Shown in pieces: positions 1-10,517 of a stretch of 64,000 nt of DNA. The first letter of the stretch is position 1; the number at the start of each line of letters is the position of its first letter. The stretch is from Candidatus Dormiibacterota bacterium. Lineage in GTDB: Bacteria > Chloroflexota > Dormibacteria > Aeolococcales > Bog-877. The stretch is from positions 10,565 to 74,564 of the forward strand of contig DAHUYV010000012.1 of the NCBI GenBank assembly GCA_027306885.1. The letters run 5' to 3'. Under the pieces are notes generated by a model that was given only the letters and a program-made list of their open reading frames with translations, had not been told where the DNA came from and did no database searches. The position numbers and the translations under genes were made by a program.

Positions 1-1
1 C

Positions 2-481
2 TACCGCTACGTGGCCTCGCGCGTTTCCAGCCAGGAGCTCGCCGAGGACATCACCAGCGAGGTCTTCTTCAAGGCGCTGCGGGCGATCGGGCGCTACCGG
101 AGCTCGGGGCACCCGTTCTCCTCTTGGCTCTATCAGATCGCCGTCAACGCCATCACCGACCACTACCGTTCCCGGCGCCGGTCCGAGGAGAGCCTTGACG
201 ATGTCCCCGACCCGGTCGACCCCGCGCCGGCCGTGGCCGAGGAGGTGGCCCATCGCCTCGGCGCCCAGGCCATCTGGTCCCACATCGAGTCGCTCCCGGA
301 GCAGCAGCGCATCGCCATGACCCTGAAGTACGGAGAGGACTTGAAGCTGGCTGAGATCGGCACCATCATGGGCAAGACCGAGGGTGCCGTGAAGCTGCTG
401 GTCTTCCGGGGCACCGCCACCCTGCGGCAGCGGCTCACGGAGGGGCGGCGGGGGACCGCAGAGGATGGCGGAGATGTTTAG
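2..481 (+). CDS. ECF (sigma-70 family) RNA polymerase sigma factor, 5'-truncated at window edge
   Basis: Region 2 (SWLYQIAVNAITDHYR) and region 4 HTH (LKLAEIGTIMGKTEGAVKLLVFRG) motifs; frame is open to position 2 so the gene continues upstream of the window; stop TAG at 479-481. Confidence 0.85.
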   Translation, partial: YRYVASRVSSQELAEDITSEVFFKALRAIGRYRSSGHPFSSWLYQIAVNAITDHYRSRRRSEESLDDVPDPVDPAPAVAEEVAHRLGAQAIWSHIESLPEQQRIAMTLKYGEDLKLAEIGTIMGKTEGAVKLLVFRGTATLRQRLTEGRRGTAEDGGDV

Positions 482-2759
482 GGGCTGGAGGTTTGGCCGG
501 CGGCGCCCAGATGAGCCGCGCGACGAGTTGGCCGAGATCTTCCCCGCCGATGCGGATCCCGAGGGGCTGCTGCTGCAGACCGCTCGCCGGGTGCGGGAGA
601 CCCTCCGATCCGCCGCGCCGCCCGAGCCCGATCCCACCTACGGGTACCACCTGCGCGCCAGCCTGATGGCCGAGGCCCAGGCCCGGCGAGGGCCGCGGGC
701 GAGCCGGCAGCGCCGGCTGGGCTCGCTGTTCGGGGTCGGGCTGGGGCTGGCGGGCCTGGCCATGATCGGAGTGGTCCTGCTCTCGGTCTTGGTGCTGCCC
801 CAGGGGGCCCGGAGGGTGGTGGTGCAAGCCTCAGTTCAGGGCAACCCCCGGGTGGCCGTGACCCAGGCGATCGACCTCAGCTTCAACCAGCCGATGATGG
901 AGTCGAGCGTGGTCGCCGGGCTCAAGATCGAGCCGGCCGTCGCCTACGAGGCGCGCTGGAAGGGAAGCCAGACGCTGTCGATCCTGCCGCGGCACAACCT
1001 GGTTCCCAATGTGGCCTACGAGGTGACCATCGCCAAGGCCGCAGCGCGAGCCCAGAACGGGGCCACCCCGCTGTCCAACATAGTCATCCCGTTCGGAACG
1101 GCCCCGCTCTCCTCCACCACAGGCGGATCCCCACCCTCCCTGGTCGCGGTTTCGCAGGTGGCCAACGTGCAGGGGGCGCAGGGGCTCCAGTACGCTCCCG
1201 ACGGGGAGCTGCTGGTGCTGGCGAGTGGAGCGGTCTCGGGGACGACCGGAGCCTCCGGGCCCGGGTCGCCAGCCTCCGGCGGAGGCGCGGTGTACGCGCT
1301 GACCAATCCCGAGACCACGCTGGCGGTGAACGCCAGCGGCCCGGTGGTGTCGCCTGACAGCCAGTCGCTCGCCTACTGGAGCCCCAGTGGCAACGGCGCC
1401 CTCACGCTGATGGTGACGCAGATCGGGGGCAACGGCCAGCCCCAGGTGGTGGCCTCGTCGACGGTCCCCGAACCGCAGGCCGCCTGGGTCACCGACAGCA
1501 CCCTGCTGTACCCGGAACCGAACGGGCTCTTCAAGGCCAACCTGGATGGCCAGGTGACCCCGGCGTACCCGTTTGTGAAGCTGGGCAGCGCGGGCTTCTT
1601 CGAGGTGGCGCCGGGAGGCGCCGCGCTGTTCGCCGAGCCGGGTGGGGTCCCGACCATCTACAACCTCCAAACCGGAGCCTCCAGCACCGTGGCGGGGATG
1701 CAGGGGCTGCCGGTCTTCTCCCCCAACGGCTCCCAGGTGGCCTACGTGCAGTCGCAGGGAGGCCGGGAGAGCATCGTGGTCGCGAACGGCCTCGGGGGCC
1801 AGCCCCGGGCGCTGGTGGTGGCCGCTCCCGGATTGCAGATCTCCCAGCTGGCCTTCAGCCCGGGGGGCCAGTACATCGCCTACATCGCCGACACCCCCGG
1901 GGTGGGGGCGCAGCTCGGGGCACTGGCGATCGCCACCGGGACCAGCGACCTGATCAGCAGCCTCACGGGGATGAGCATGCCCGCCTGGTCGCCGGAGGGC
2001 ACCGCGATCTCGGTCCTGCAGACCGCCGCCGCCGGCACCTACGAGGTACTCACCCTGCAGCTGTCCTCCCCTCCTCAGCTGGCCAGTGCCACGGCCGACG
2101 CTTCGGGTCAGGCGCTGGTCACGGCCAGCAATGTGGCCCAGCTCCAGGTGAGCGGCGGCTCTGCGGCCCTCACGGCGATCCAGGGGCTGCTGGCGCCCGG
2201 CGTGAGCATCCCCGCGGCCACCCTCCTCCCCGGCCGTTTTGACCGCTTCTACGCCATCTCCAGCACCCCCTCGGCCGCCGGGTCCAGCTCGTTCCAGGTC
2301 GCCCTCGAGCTGCTCCGTGATCCGATCGCCAGCACCCCCGCCGAGTACCTTCAGGAGACCGCGACGGTCAGCGTGTCGGGCAGCTCCGGGGTGCTGACTG
2401 CACTGACCCTGGGCTCGCCGACCACCCTGCCCCAGGGACCGATGGTGATCTCCGCCTCCAGCACCAGCTCCGGCGCGGGCAGCACCACCTTCGTCCTTCA
2501 GTTCGACGCCGACCTCGACCCGTCGACGGTGGGCGCCCAGGCGGTGGAGCTCACCTCAGGGGGCCAGTCGGTCTCCGGCCTCCAGGTCAGCTATCAGGCG
2601 GCGTCGCGCCAGATGGTGATCTCCGCCACCGGGCTCGGGACCGGGCCGCTTGTGCTCACGATCGGGCCCCCGCTGGCCGACGTCGACCACACCCTGATCT
2701 CCGTCCCGTACCAGCTCTCGCTCCCGGCGCCGCCCGAACCCCCACCGGCCTCCGGCTGA
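465..2759 (+). CDS. Sigma-factor-associated (anti-sigma-like) single-pass membrane protein with Ig-like and TolB/PD40-like beta-propeller ectodomain
   Basis: ATG at 465 overlaps the sigma gene by 17 nt; short Arg-rich cytoplasmic N-terminus, one TM helix (LGSLFGVGLGLAGLAMIGVVLLSVLVL), then ~650 aa extracytoplasmic region with repeated SPDGQ/SPNGSQVAY/SPGGQYIAY/SPEGTAISV (PD40-like) blades and Ig-like segments. Confidence 0.6.
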   Translation: MAEMFRGWRFGRRRPDEPRDELAEIFPADADPEGLLLQTARRVRETLRSAAPPEPDPTYGYHLRASLMAEAQARRGPRASRQRRLGSLFGVGLGLAGLAMIGVVLLSVLVLPQGARRVVVQASVQGNPRVAVTQAIDLSFNQPMMESSVVAGLKIEPAVAYEARWKGSQTLSILPRHNLVPNVAYEVTIAKAAARAQNGATPLSNIVIPFGTAPLSSTTGGSPPSLVAVSQVANVQGAQGLQYAPDGELLVLASGAVSGTTGASGPGSPASGGGAVYALTNPETTLAVNASGPVVSPDSQSLAYWSPSGNGALTLMVTQIGGNGQPQVVASSTVPEPQAAWVTDSTLLYPEPNGLFKANLDGQVTPAYPFVKLGSAGFFEVAPGGAALFAEPGGVPTIYNLQTGASSTVAGMQGLPVFSPNGSQVAYVQSQGGRESIVVANGLGGQPRALVVAAPGLQISQLAFSPGGQYIAYIADTPGVGAQLGALAIATGTSDLISSLTGMSMPAWSPEGTAISVLQTAAAGTYEVLTLQLSSPPQLASATADASGQALVTASNVAQLQVSGGSAALTAIQGLLAPGVSIPAATLLPGRFDRFYAISSTPSAAGSSSFQVALELLRDPIASTPAEYLQETATVSVSGSSGVLTALTLGSPTTLPQGPMVISASSTSSGAGSTTFVLQFDADLDPSTVGAQAVELTSGGQSVSGLQVSYQAASRQMVISATGLGTGPLVLTIGPPLADVDHTLISVPYQLSLPAPPEPPPASG

Positions 2760-2784
2760 AGCGCCCCGCGCTCCGAAGGGGCCC

Positions 2785-4233
2785 TCAGCCGCCCGCGGCG
2801 GCCACCGCCGCCGCCATCGCCGCCAGCCGCCGGCGGTCCGCGCCGAATCCACGCATCGCCTCCGCCTGGGCTGCCTGCCAGTCCCTGGCCCGGGCCAGGA
2901 GGTCGGGGTGGGTGGGGATGAACTCGGTGGTGAGCCGCCCCGCCAGGAAGTCGGGATCCTCCAGCAGAACCGCGTGGTACGGAATGTTGGTCGTGATGCC
3001 CCCGATCCAGTACTCGTGGAGCGCCCGGCGGGCCCTCGCCGCGGCCTGGTCGCGGGTGGCGCCGTGGACCACCAGCTTGGCCACCATCGGGTCGTAGAAG
3101 GGGCTCACGACGCCGGGGCCGGCGAGTGAGCTGTCCACCCTCACCCCCGGACCGGACGGCTCGTGGTAGGTGGTGACCCGGCCCGGGGTGGGGAGGAAGT
3201 CCTGCCACGGGTCCTCGGCGTTGACCCGGCACTCGATGGACCAGCCCTCCCAGGTGACCTCCTCCTGCCGCAGCGGCAGCCGCTCGCCCAGAGCGATCCG
3301 CAGCTGGGCCTCCACCAGGTCCAGGCCGGTGGTCAGCTCGGTGACCGGGTGCTCCACCTGGAGCCGGGTGTTCATCTCCAGGAAGTAGAAGGAGCCCCGG
3401 GACTCGATGAACTCCACGGTTCCGGCGTTCTGGTACCCGACCGCCTTGGCCGCCCGCACCGCCGCCGCGCCCATGCGCTCCCTCATCTCTGCGGTGACCG
3501 CGGTGGAGGGGCACTCCTCGAGCAGCTTCTGGTGCCGCCGCTGGATCGAGCACTCGCGCTCGCCCAGATGGATCGTCTCCCCATGCCCGTCGGCCAGCAC
3601 CTGGACCTCTATGTGCCGCGGCTCCTCGACCAGGTGCTCCAGGAATACCCGGGGATCGCCGAACGAGCGCGCCGCGGCGTCGCTGCAGGCGGTGATCGCG
3701 TAGCGCAGCTCCTCCTCGTCGCGCGCCGCCCGCATCCCGATCCCGCCGCCGCCGGCGGAGGCCTTCACCAGGATCGGGTAGCCGATCTCCCGAGCCGCGG
3801 CCATCGCCTCGCCAGGGTCGGAGATCGCGTCGGTGCCGGGGACGACCGGCACCCCCGCCCGCTGCATCAGCCCACGAGCCGTCACCTTGTCCCCCATCGC
3901 CGCCATGGCGTCGGCGGGGGGGCCGATCAGGGTGATCCCGTTCTCGGCGCACGCCCTGGCCAGGCGGGGGCTCTCGGAGAGGAAACCGTACCCGGGGTGG
4001 AGGGCCTGGGCGCCGCTCTCCCGGGCGGCGTCCACCAGCCTCTCCAGGTTGAGGTAGGACTGGGAGGCCGGGCTCGCCCCGATCTCCACCGAGCGGTCGG
4101 CGAGGCGGGTGTGGAAGGCGCCCCGGTCGGCCTCCGAATAGACGGCCACCGAGCGCAGTCCCAGGTCGCGGCAGGCGCGGATCACGCGCACCGCGATCTC
4201 GCCGCGGTTGGCCACCAGGACGGTGTCGAACAC
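2785..4233 (-). CDS. accC: Biotin carboxylase (ATP-grasp), acetyl-CoA/pyruvate carboxylase subunit A type
   Basis: MFDTVLVANRGEIAVRVIRACRDLG N-terminus, ATP-grasp and BC C-terminal motifs; could equally be pycA given the adjacent carboxyltransferase subunit. Confidence 0.85.
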   Translation of the reverse strand: MFDTVLVANRGEIAVRVIRACRDLGLRSVAVYSEADRGAFHTRLADRSVEIGASPASQSYLNLERLVDAARESGAQALHPGYGFLSESPRLARACAENGITLIGPPADAMAAMGDKVTARGLMQRAGVPVVPGTDAISDPGEAMAAAREIGYPILVKASAGGGGIGMRAARDEEELRYAITACSDAAARSFGDPRVFLEHLVEEPRHIEVQVLADGHGETIHLGERECSIQRRHQKLLEECPSTAVTAEMRERMGAAAVRAAKAVGYQNAGTVEFIESRGSFYFLEMNTRLQVEHPVTELTTGLDLVEAQLRIALGERLPLRQEEVTWEGWSIECRVNAEDPWQDFLPTPGRVTTYHEPSGPGVRVDSSLAGPGVVSPFYDPMVAKLVVHGATRDQAAARARRALHEYWIGGITTNIPYHAVLLEDPDFLAGRLTTEFIPTHPDLLARARDWQAAQAEAMRGFGADRRRLAAMAAAVAAAGG

Positions 4234-4240
4234 CTCTCGC

Positions 4241-6043
4241 CTAGGCCACCGTGACCAGCGGGTCGCCCCGGCTGACCACCTGGCCGGCGCTGACGTTCAC
4301 CGCCTGGACGGTCCCGGACACGTCGGAGGGGATGTCGTTCTGCATCTTCATCGCCTCCAGCACGGCCACGGTCTGGCCCACCTCCACCTTGTCCCCCACC
4401 TGGACCGTCACCTTGGCCACCAGCCCCTGCATCGGAGCCCGGACGGCCCCGCCCGCAGGCACCCCGGAAGCGGCGACCGCGGCCGCGAAGCCGTCCCTGG
4501 CGGTCACCCTCACCTCGAACACCTCGCCGTCGACCTCGACGGTGAACTCACGTCCGGGCGGCGCCTCCACGACCGGGGTCGGGGGCTCCGGAGGCGGGCC
4601 CAGCGGCACGGCGGCGGCGTCTCCCACCGGCTCACTGAGATCACCGCCGTCAACGATCGCGCTGGGCTCCTCCGGCGGCGGCGGCTCGTCGTCGAGGCGC
4701 TCCGGCCGGGCCTCGCCCCGGGCCAGCGCGATCGCCGCCTCGGGAAACAGGATGAACTCCAGAAGCAGCTCGTCGCTGACCGACTCCAGGCCGTGGCGGG
4801 CCAGCCGGTGCCGGGCGTCCTCCAGCATCGGCTCCAGGACGTCCCCGGGCCGCACCGTGATCGGCTCCTCCGACCCGATCACCTGGTGCTGGACCTCCGG
4901 GTCGGTGGGGCCGGGGGGGCTGCCGAAGAGGCCAAGGAAGTAGTCCTTGACATCCTGGGCAACGATCAGGTACCGCTCCCCCGAGGCCACGTTGGCCACC
5001 GCCTGGGTGACCACCACCTCGGCCACCGGGCTGATCAGCGGGGGATATCCCATCTCCGCCCTCACCCGGGAGATCTCGGCCATGACCTCGGGCATGCGCT
5101 CGGCCACCCCCTGCACCTGGCACTCCCAGATCAGGTGCTGCTGCACCGACGGGGCCAGCTGGGTGCGCAGGGTCCCGGAGTCCAGCTGCCAGCCGCTGGG
5201 ATCGGCCACCAGACGGTACAGGGGCAGGATGGAGTCCAGCTGGTCGGCGGCGGCGAGCACCGCCGCGGGGTCGACCTCGGGCTGGCGCTCGGTCCCCGAC
5301 AGCGCCGCCAGCACCCCCTCGGTGTTGGGGAGGGCGGCACCGCCGGCGAGAGGCGAGAGGCAGACGTCGAGAGCGCTGGCTCCCGCCTCCGTCGCCGCCA
5401 GGTAGGCGAAGGAGGCCTGCCCGGTGATGGTGGCGCAGTGCAGGGCCACGGGCAGGCCCGTGGCCTCCACCAGCCCCTTCACGATCCGCCGCGCGCTGCC
5501 CGCTCCCAGCAGCCCCGCGGGGTCGAAGAGGCACAGGCTCCCGAATCCCAGCCGGGCCAGCTCCACCCCCACCTGGACGAAGCCCGCGTCAGAGTGCACC
5601 GGGCTCTCGGTGTAGACGATCACCCCCTCGGCGGAGCTGGCCGAGCGGTTCACCGCCACCGCCATCCGGGCCAGGTTGCGGGTGTCGTTGAGCGGGTCGA
5701 AGCACCTGATGACATCGAGACCGGCGGCAGCGACCACCGACACGAAGAGGTCGACCACGTCGTCAGCCACCGGCCGGAGCCCGACCAGGGCCTGTCCGCG
5801 CAGCAGCCCCGAGAGCCGAAGGGAGGTGGCCTTGCGCAGTTGGCGCAGGCGGTCGAAGGGGTCCTCACCCAGGTGCTCCAGCGCCACTCCGAAGGTGGCG
5901 CCGCCGAACACGTCAAGCCCGGCCAGCCCGCTGCCGTCCAGGGTCTGCGCCAGCTCCACCAGGTGGCGGGTGCGGAGCCTGCTTGACAGGAGGGTCTGCT
6001 GGCCCTGGCGGAGGGCGCTCTCGATCAGTCCGACCGCTGGCAT
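4241..6043 (-). CDS. Carboxyltransferase (HMGL-like, 5S-type) subunit with C-terminal biotinyl domain; pyruvate carboxylase subunit B / oxaloacetate decarboxylase alpha-like
   Basis: N-terminal RQGQQTLLSSRLRT matches the DTTLRDGHQSL TIM-barrel motif; C-terminal EAMKMQNDI biotinylation motif (AMKM); immediately upstream of the biotin carboxylase gene. Confidence 0.8.
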   Translation of the reverse strand: MPAVGLIESALRQGQQTLLSSRLRTRHLVELAQTLDGSGLAGLDVFGGATFGVALEHLGEDPFDRLRQLRKATSLRLSGLLRGQALVGLRPVADDVVDLFVSVVAAAGLDVIRCFDPLNDTRNLARMAVAVNRSASSAEGVIVYTESPVHSDAGFVQVGVELARLGFGSLCLFDPAGLLGAGSARRIVKGLVEATGLPVALHCATITGQASFAYLAATEAGASALDVCLSPLAGGAALPNTEGVLAALSGTERQPEVDPAAVLAAADQLDSILPLYRLVADPSGWQLDSGTLRTQLAPSVQQHLIWECQVQGVAERMPEVMAEISRVRAEMGYPPLISPVAEVVVTQAVANVASGERYLIVAQDVKDYFLGLFGSPPGPTDPEVQHQVIGSEEPITVRPGDVLEPMLEDARHRLARHGLESVSDELLLEFILFPEAAIALARGEARPERLDDEPPPPEEPSAIVDGGDLSEPVGDAAAVPLGPPPEPPTPVVEAPPGREFTVEVDGEVFEVRVTARDGFAAAVAASGVPAGGAVRAPMQGLVAKVTVQVGDKVEVGQTVAVLEAMKMQNDIPSDVSGTVQAVNVSAGQVVSRGDPLVTVA

Positions 6044-6086
6044 CGCCTGCCAAGGTTAGCGGCCCGAGTGCCGGGCCTGCCCGGTC

Positions 6087-6446
6087 TCACCCTCGGCGGG
6101 GGCCGCCTGCGGCGCAGTCCACACAGCGGATCGCCCAGGGGAGTGCCTCCAGCCGAGCCTCGGGGATCGCCCGGCCACAGATCTCGCAGCGTCCGTACCC
6201 GCCGCCCTGAAGGCGCTCCAGGGCCGCTACGACCTGCTCCCGCACCCGCCGCAGCTCCGCGGCGGTCCGTTCGCGGGTGAGCCGGTCGGTGCTCTCGGCG
6301 ATGTGGTCGCCGGCCCGCTTCCCGTACTGCACCGGCGCCCTCTGCTCGGTCCGCGGCGGGTTGAGCTGCTCCAGCTCGCTGTCGAGCTCGGCGAGCTTGG
6401 CCGCCAGCGTCGGTCCGGGCGCCGGGGCGCTGGGGGGATCAGCCAT
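6087..6446 (-). CDS. DksA/TraR family C4-type zinc-finger protein
   Basis: Coiled-coil region followed by CEICGRAIPEARLEALPWAIRCVDC (CxxC-N17-CxxC) typical of DksA/TraR. Confidence 0.7.
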   Translation of the reverse strand: MADPPSAPAPGPTLAAKLAELDSELEQLNPPRTEQRAPVQYGKRAGDHIAESTDRLTRERTAAELRRVREQVVAALERLQGGGYGRCEICGRAIPEARLEALPWAIRCVDCAAGGPRRG

Positions 6447-6467
6447 CTGCGGGTCTCCCAGGCGAGC

Positions 6468-7742
6468 TCAGGCGGCGATGTCGGAACGGTACCGCATCCC
6501 CGGGAAGCTGATCCGCTCCAGCCCCTGATAGGCGAGGGCCCGCGCCCCGTGCAGGTCGGGGGCGGTGCCGACGCAGATCAGCACCCGACCACCCGCCCCC
6601 TCCAGGCCCCCGCCCGGGGCCCGCCGGGTCCCCATCTGGAAGGCCGTGCAGCCCTCCGGCAGCCGCTCCAGGCCCTCGAGGGCACCCCCCGGTGTAACCG
6701 GGGCCGGGTAGGGGGCCCGCACCGCGACCACCCCCACCGAGGCCCCCTGCACCGCCGACAGCTGCCCGCCCTCGAGCCGGCCGGCCGCCGCCGCCCGGAG
6801 ATGGGGCACCAGGTCGGGCAGCAACGGGAGGAGCACCTCGGCCTCGGGGTCGCCGAAGCGCGCGTTGAACTCCAGCACGTGGATCGTCCCAGCCACCATC
6901 ATCGCCCCGACGTAGAGGCACCCGGTGAAGGGGGAGCCCAGCCGCGCCATCTCCGCCAGCACCGGCTGCACCACGTCGGCCAGGACCGTCTGGTTGAGCC
7001 GCTCCCAATCGGAGGTGCGGGGCGGGCTGTACGCCCCCATGCCCCCGGTGTTGCCCCCGCGGTCGCCGTCGAGGGCGGACTTGAAGTCGCGGGCCGGTGG
7101 CAGCATCAGAGCTCGGCGCCCGTCGCAGAGGGCGAAGAAGGACAGCTCCTCCCCCTCCAGCCGGTCCTCGACCACCAGCAGTCGGCCCGCCTCACCCAGC
7201 TCCCCCGCCACGAGAAGGCGGTGGGCCACCTCCAGCGCCTCCTCGGGGCCGCCGCACACGAAGGCCCCCTTACCCAGGGCCGGCCCGTCCGCCTTGACCA
7301 CCACCGGACCGCTCCGGGCTTCCAGCTCCGCCCTCGCCTCCTCCCAGCTGGCGCACAACCGGTACGGCGCGGTGGGTATCCCCAGCCGGCTCAGGACCTC
7401 CTTGGCGAACGCCTTGCTGCTCTCCAGCCGTCCCGCCGCGGCGGTGGGGCCGAAGCAGGCAACGCCCCGCCCTGCGAGGGCGTCAGCCACCCCGGCGGCC
7501 ACCGCCGCATCGGGGCCCAGGATCGCCAGCCCGACCCCGAGCCGCTCGGCCTCCGCGGCGATTCCCTCGGCGTCGATTGCGGTCAGAGGGATGTTCTCCC
7601 CCAGCTCGGCGGTGCCGGGGTTGCCGGGAGCGCAGTACACCTGAGCCACCTGGGGGCTCCGGGCGCAGGCCCAGGCCAGAGCGTGCTCGCGTCCCCCGCC
7701 CCCGACCACCAGGACCCGCTCCGCAGGGCCCGGTTGGGTCAC
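6468..7742 (-). CDS. purD: Phosphoribosylamine--glycine ligase
   Basis: [18 protein letters not shown]-terminus and ATP-grasp motifs; start reassigned to the GTG at 7742 ([13 protein letters not shown]), which overlaps the guaA stop by 4 nt (GTGA); the ORF-track extension to 7985 is read-through inside guaA. Confidence 0.85.
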   Translation of the reverse strand: MTQPGPAERVLVVGGGGREHALAWACARSPQVAQVYCAPGNPGTAELGENIPLTAIDAEGIAAEAERLGVGLAILGPDAAVAAGVADALAGRGVACFGPTAAAGRLESSKAFAKEVLSRLGIPTAPYRLCASWEEARAELEARSGPVVVKADGPALGKGAFVCGGPEEALEVAHRLLVAGELGEAGRLLVVEDRLEGEELSFFALCDGRRALMLPPARDFKSALDGDRGGNTGGMGAYSPPRTSDWERLNQTVLADVVQPVLAEMARLGSPFTGCLYVGAMMVAGTIHVLEFNARFGDPEAEVLLPLLPDLVPHLRAAAAGRLEGGQLSAVQGASVGVVAVRAPYPAPVTPGGALEGLERLPEGCTAFQMGTRRAPGGGLEGAGGRVLICVGTAPDLHGARALAYQGLERISFPGMRYRSDIAA

Positions 7743-9334
7743 TCCCACTCGATGGTGGACGGCGGCTTGCTGCTGATGTCGTACACCACCCGGTTGACCC
7801 CGGGGACCTCGTTGACGATCCGCCGGCTGATGTCCGACAGGACGTCGTAGGGGACCCGGGCCCAGTCCGCGGTCATGCCGTCCTCGGAGGTTACGATCCG
7901 AACCGCCACCACGTTGGCGTAGGTGCGGTAGTCGCCCATGACCCCGACGCTGCTGATCGGGGTCAGGATGGCGAAGCTCTGCCACACTCGGGGATAGAGG
8001 CCGCTGCGCTTGATCTCGTCGATCACCACCCAGTCGGCGCTCCGAACCGTCTCCAGCCGCTCCCTGGTCACCTCACCGATCACCCGGATGGCGAGCCCCG
8101 GCCCGGGGAAGGGCTGGCGGCCGACCAGATCGTCGGGGAGACCAAGGCTGCGGCCGACCTTCCGCACCTCATCCTTGAAGAGGTAGCGCAGCGGCTCCAC
8201 CAGCTGGAAGCGCATCCCGGTCGGGAGTCCCCCGACGTTGTGATGGGTCTTGATCTTGCGCGCCGCGAAGGTGTCCGAGGCGGTGCTCTCGATCACGTCG
8301 GGATAGAGCGTCCCCTGGGCCAGGAAGGCGGCGCCACCGAGCAGTGCGGTCTCCTCCTCGAAGGCGGCGATGAACTCCCGGCCCACCACTCGGCGCTTCT
8401 CCTCCGGATCCACGACTCCCTCGAGCGCCCGCAGGAAGCGCTCCTCAGCCTCGACACGAACGATCCGCATCCGCATGCTGCGGGTGAGAACGTCGATGAC
8501 CCGGTCGGCCTCGCCGCGGCGGAGCAGCCCGTTGTCGACGAAGACACAGGTCAGCTGGTCGCCCACCGCCCGGTGCACCAGGGTGGCGGCCACCGCGGAG
8601 TCCACGCCGCCGGAGAGTGCGCAGATGACCCGCTCCGAGCCCACGCGCTCGCGGATCTCCGCCACCGCCTGCTGCACGAAGCCCTCCGGGGCCCAGTCAC
8701 CCTGGCAGCCGCAGGTGTGGTAGAGGAAGTTGCGCAGCATCGCCGAGCCCTGGGGGGTGTGCGCCACCTCGGGATGGAACTGAATCCCCACCCGGCCGTT
8801 CGGCCCCGCCATCGCCGCCACCGGGCTGTTCACCGTGTGCGCCACCACCTGGTACCCCGGCGGCAGCTCCTCGATGACATCGCCGTGACTCATCCAGACC
8901 GGCATCTCCGCGGGCAGCCCGGTGAAGATGCCGTCCTCGCTGTCCACCACGACCGAGGCCAGCCCGTACTCCCGGCGCCCGGCGGGGCTCACCCGACCCC
9001 CGAGATCGTGGGCCAGCAGCTGCATGCCGTAGCAGATGCCAAGGATGGGCAGGCCGAGATCGTATATGCCCCGCTCGGGATGCAGGGCATCAGCGTCGTA
9101 GACGCTGGCCGGCCCGCCGCTCAGGATCAAGCCGCGGGCCCGCTTCGCCACCACCTTGTCGGCGGTGATGGTGCCGGGCACCAGCTCGCAGTAGACGTTG
9201 AGCTCGCGGATCCGCCGAGCGATCAGCTGGCTGTACTGGGAGCCGAAGTCGAGCACCAGGATGGTGTCGGTGGCTCGAGCGGCGGGGCGGTCGGCGGTGG
9301 TCCCGCCGGAGGCTGGGGCGGTGGCGGTGCTCAC
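7739..9334 (-). CDS. guaA: GMP synthase (glutamine-hydrolysing)
   Basis: Class I glutamine amidotransferase motifs (GICYGMQ) followed by ATP-pyrophosphatase and GMP synthase C-terminal domain (PPSTIEWE end). Confidence 0.9.
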   Translation of the reverse strand: MSTATAPASGGTTADRPAARATDTILVLDFGSQYSQLIARRIRELNVYCELVPGTITADKVVAKRARGLILSGGPASVYDADALHPERGIYDLGLPILGICYGMQLLAHDLGGRVSPAGRREYGLASVVVDSEDGIFTGLPAEMPVWMSHGDVIEELPPGYQVVAHTVNSPVAAMAGPNGRVGIQFHPEVAHTPQGSAMLRNFLYHTCGCQGDWAPEGFVQQAVAEIRERVGSERVICALSGGVDSAVAATLVHRAVGDQLTCVFVDNGLLRRGEADRVIDVLTRSMRMRIVRVEAEERFLRALEGVVDPEEKRRVVGREFIAAFEEETALLGGAAFLAQGTLYPDVIESTASDTFAARKIKTHHNVGGLPTGMRFQLVEPLRYLFKDEVRKVGRSLGLPDDLVGRQPFPGPGLAIRVIGEVTRERLETVRSADWVVIDEIKRSGLYPRVWQSFAILTPISSVGVMGDYRTYANVVAVRIVTSEDGMTADWARVPYDVLSDISRRIVNEVPGVNRVVYDISSKPPSTIEWE

Positions 9335-9356
9335 AGTGGTCGCCCTCCGCCCCAGC

Positions 9357-10517
9357 TCACCGCGCCATCCCGACCTGTTGGGCCTGCTGGAACAGCTTGC
9401 CCTCGGTCAGGATTGCGGGCGCAATCACCAGCTCGGTCTGCTGAAACTCCTCGATGGTGCGGGCCCCGCACACCCCCATCGCCGACTTGATGGCCCCCAC
9501 CAGATTCTGGCTGCCGTCGTCGACCCGGGCCGGCCCCAGGAGCAGCTCGCGGAGGGTGGCCCTGGTCCCCACCTTGATCCGGGTTCCCCGGGGCAGGTTG
9601 GGGTCGGGGGTCGCCATGCCCCAGTGGTGGCCGCGGCCGGGCGCCTCCTCGGCGGAGGCGAACACCGACCCGATCATCACCCCGTCGGCCCCGGACGCCA
9701 GGGCCTTGGTGACATCGCCGCCGACCCGCATCCCGCCGTCGGTGATCACGGTCACCGGCTTGCCCCCAGTGCGGCGGTGGTCGTTGCGCGCCGCCGCCAC
9801 GTCAGCTGTGGCGGTCACCTGGGGAACGCCGATCCCCAGCACGCCGCGGGTGGTGCAGGCGGCCCCCGGGCCGACCCCCACCAGGATCCCGTCCACGCCG
9901 GTGGCCATCAGCTCCAGGGCGGTGTAGTACTCGACGCAGTTGCCCACCACCACCGGCAGCCGGGAGTCCCGCACCAGCTGAGCGAAGTCGAGCTGGCGGT
10001 AGGAGCGGGAGATGTGGCGAGCGGTGAGCACAGTGCCCTGCACCACGTAGACATCGGCCCCCGCCTCGGTCACCAGCGGCAGTCGGTGCTCGGCGTCGTT
10101 GGGCGAGGAGGAGACCGCGCAGAGCACCCCAGCGGCCTTGATCTCCGCGGTCCGCCGCTGGATCAGGTCGTCGCGGACGGGAGCGCGGTAGCGCTCCTGG
10201 AGCAGGGCGTTGACCCGCTCCCGGGGCGCATCGGCGATCTCCTCGTAAACCGCGGCGGGATCGTCGTAGCGGCAGTTGATCCCGTCCAGGTTGAGCACCG
10301 CCAGGCCCCCCAGCCGGCCCATCTCGATGGCGAAGTGGGGATCCACCACCCCGTCCATCGCCGCCGCCAGCACCGGGAGCGGGATCTCCACCTCGCGGAT
10401 GCGCAGGGAGATGTCGATCTCCTCGGGGTTGATGGTCACCTTCCCCGGGACCAGGGCGACCTCGTCGAAGCCGTACGCCCGCCTGGCCCGCTTCCCCCGC
10501 CCCAGCTCAATGTCCAA
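9357..10517 (-). CDS. IMP dehydrogenase family protein lacking CBS pair (GuaB3-like)
   Basis: IMPDH/GMPR TIM-barrel motifs ([39 protein letters not shown]) with no CBS insertion; sits directly downstream of guaA as in actinobacterial guaB3. Confidence 0.8.
   Translation of the reverse strand: MDIELGRGKRARRAYGFDEVALVPGKVTINPEEIDISLRIREVEIPLPVLAAAMDGVVDPHFAIEMGRLGGLAVLNLDGINCRYDDPAAVYEEIADAPRERVNALLQERYRAPVRDDLIQRRTAEIKAAGVLCAVSSSPNDAEHRLPLVTEAGADVYVVQGTVLTARHISRSYRQLDFAQLVRDSRLPVVVGNCVEYYTALELMATGVDGILVGVGPGAACTTRGVLGIGVPQVTATADVAAARNDHRRTGGKPVTVITDGGMRVGGDVTKALASGADGVMIGSVFASAEEAPGRGHHWGMATPDPNLPRGTRIKVGTRATLRELLLGPARVDDGSQNLVGAIKSAMGVCGARTIEEFQQTELVIAPAILTEGKLFQQAQQVGMAR

Noticed and set aside
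11-481. GTG at position 11 as the sigma-factor start
   Set aside because: The frame is open to the window edge and ECF region 2 starts immediately. The gene is truncated by the window, not begun here.
7743-7985. N-terminal extensions in the ORF track (purD to 7985, RR to 11192, ADH to 22509, RR to 31019, HK to 34009, ilvE to 35457, ROK to 57812, NUDIX to 60863, ABC ATPase to 46921)
   Set aside because: The extensions overlap neighbouring genes or lack homology. Internal GTG/ATG/TTG starts with SDs, or with 4-nt stop overlaps, fit the conserved protein N-termini better.
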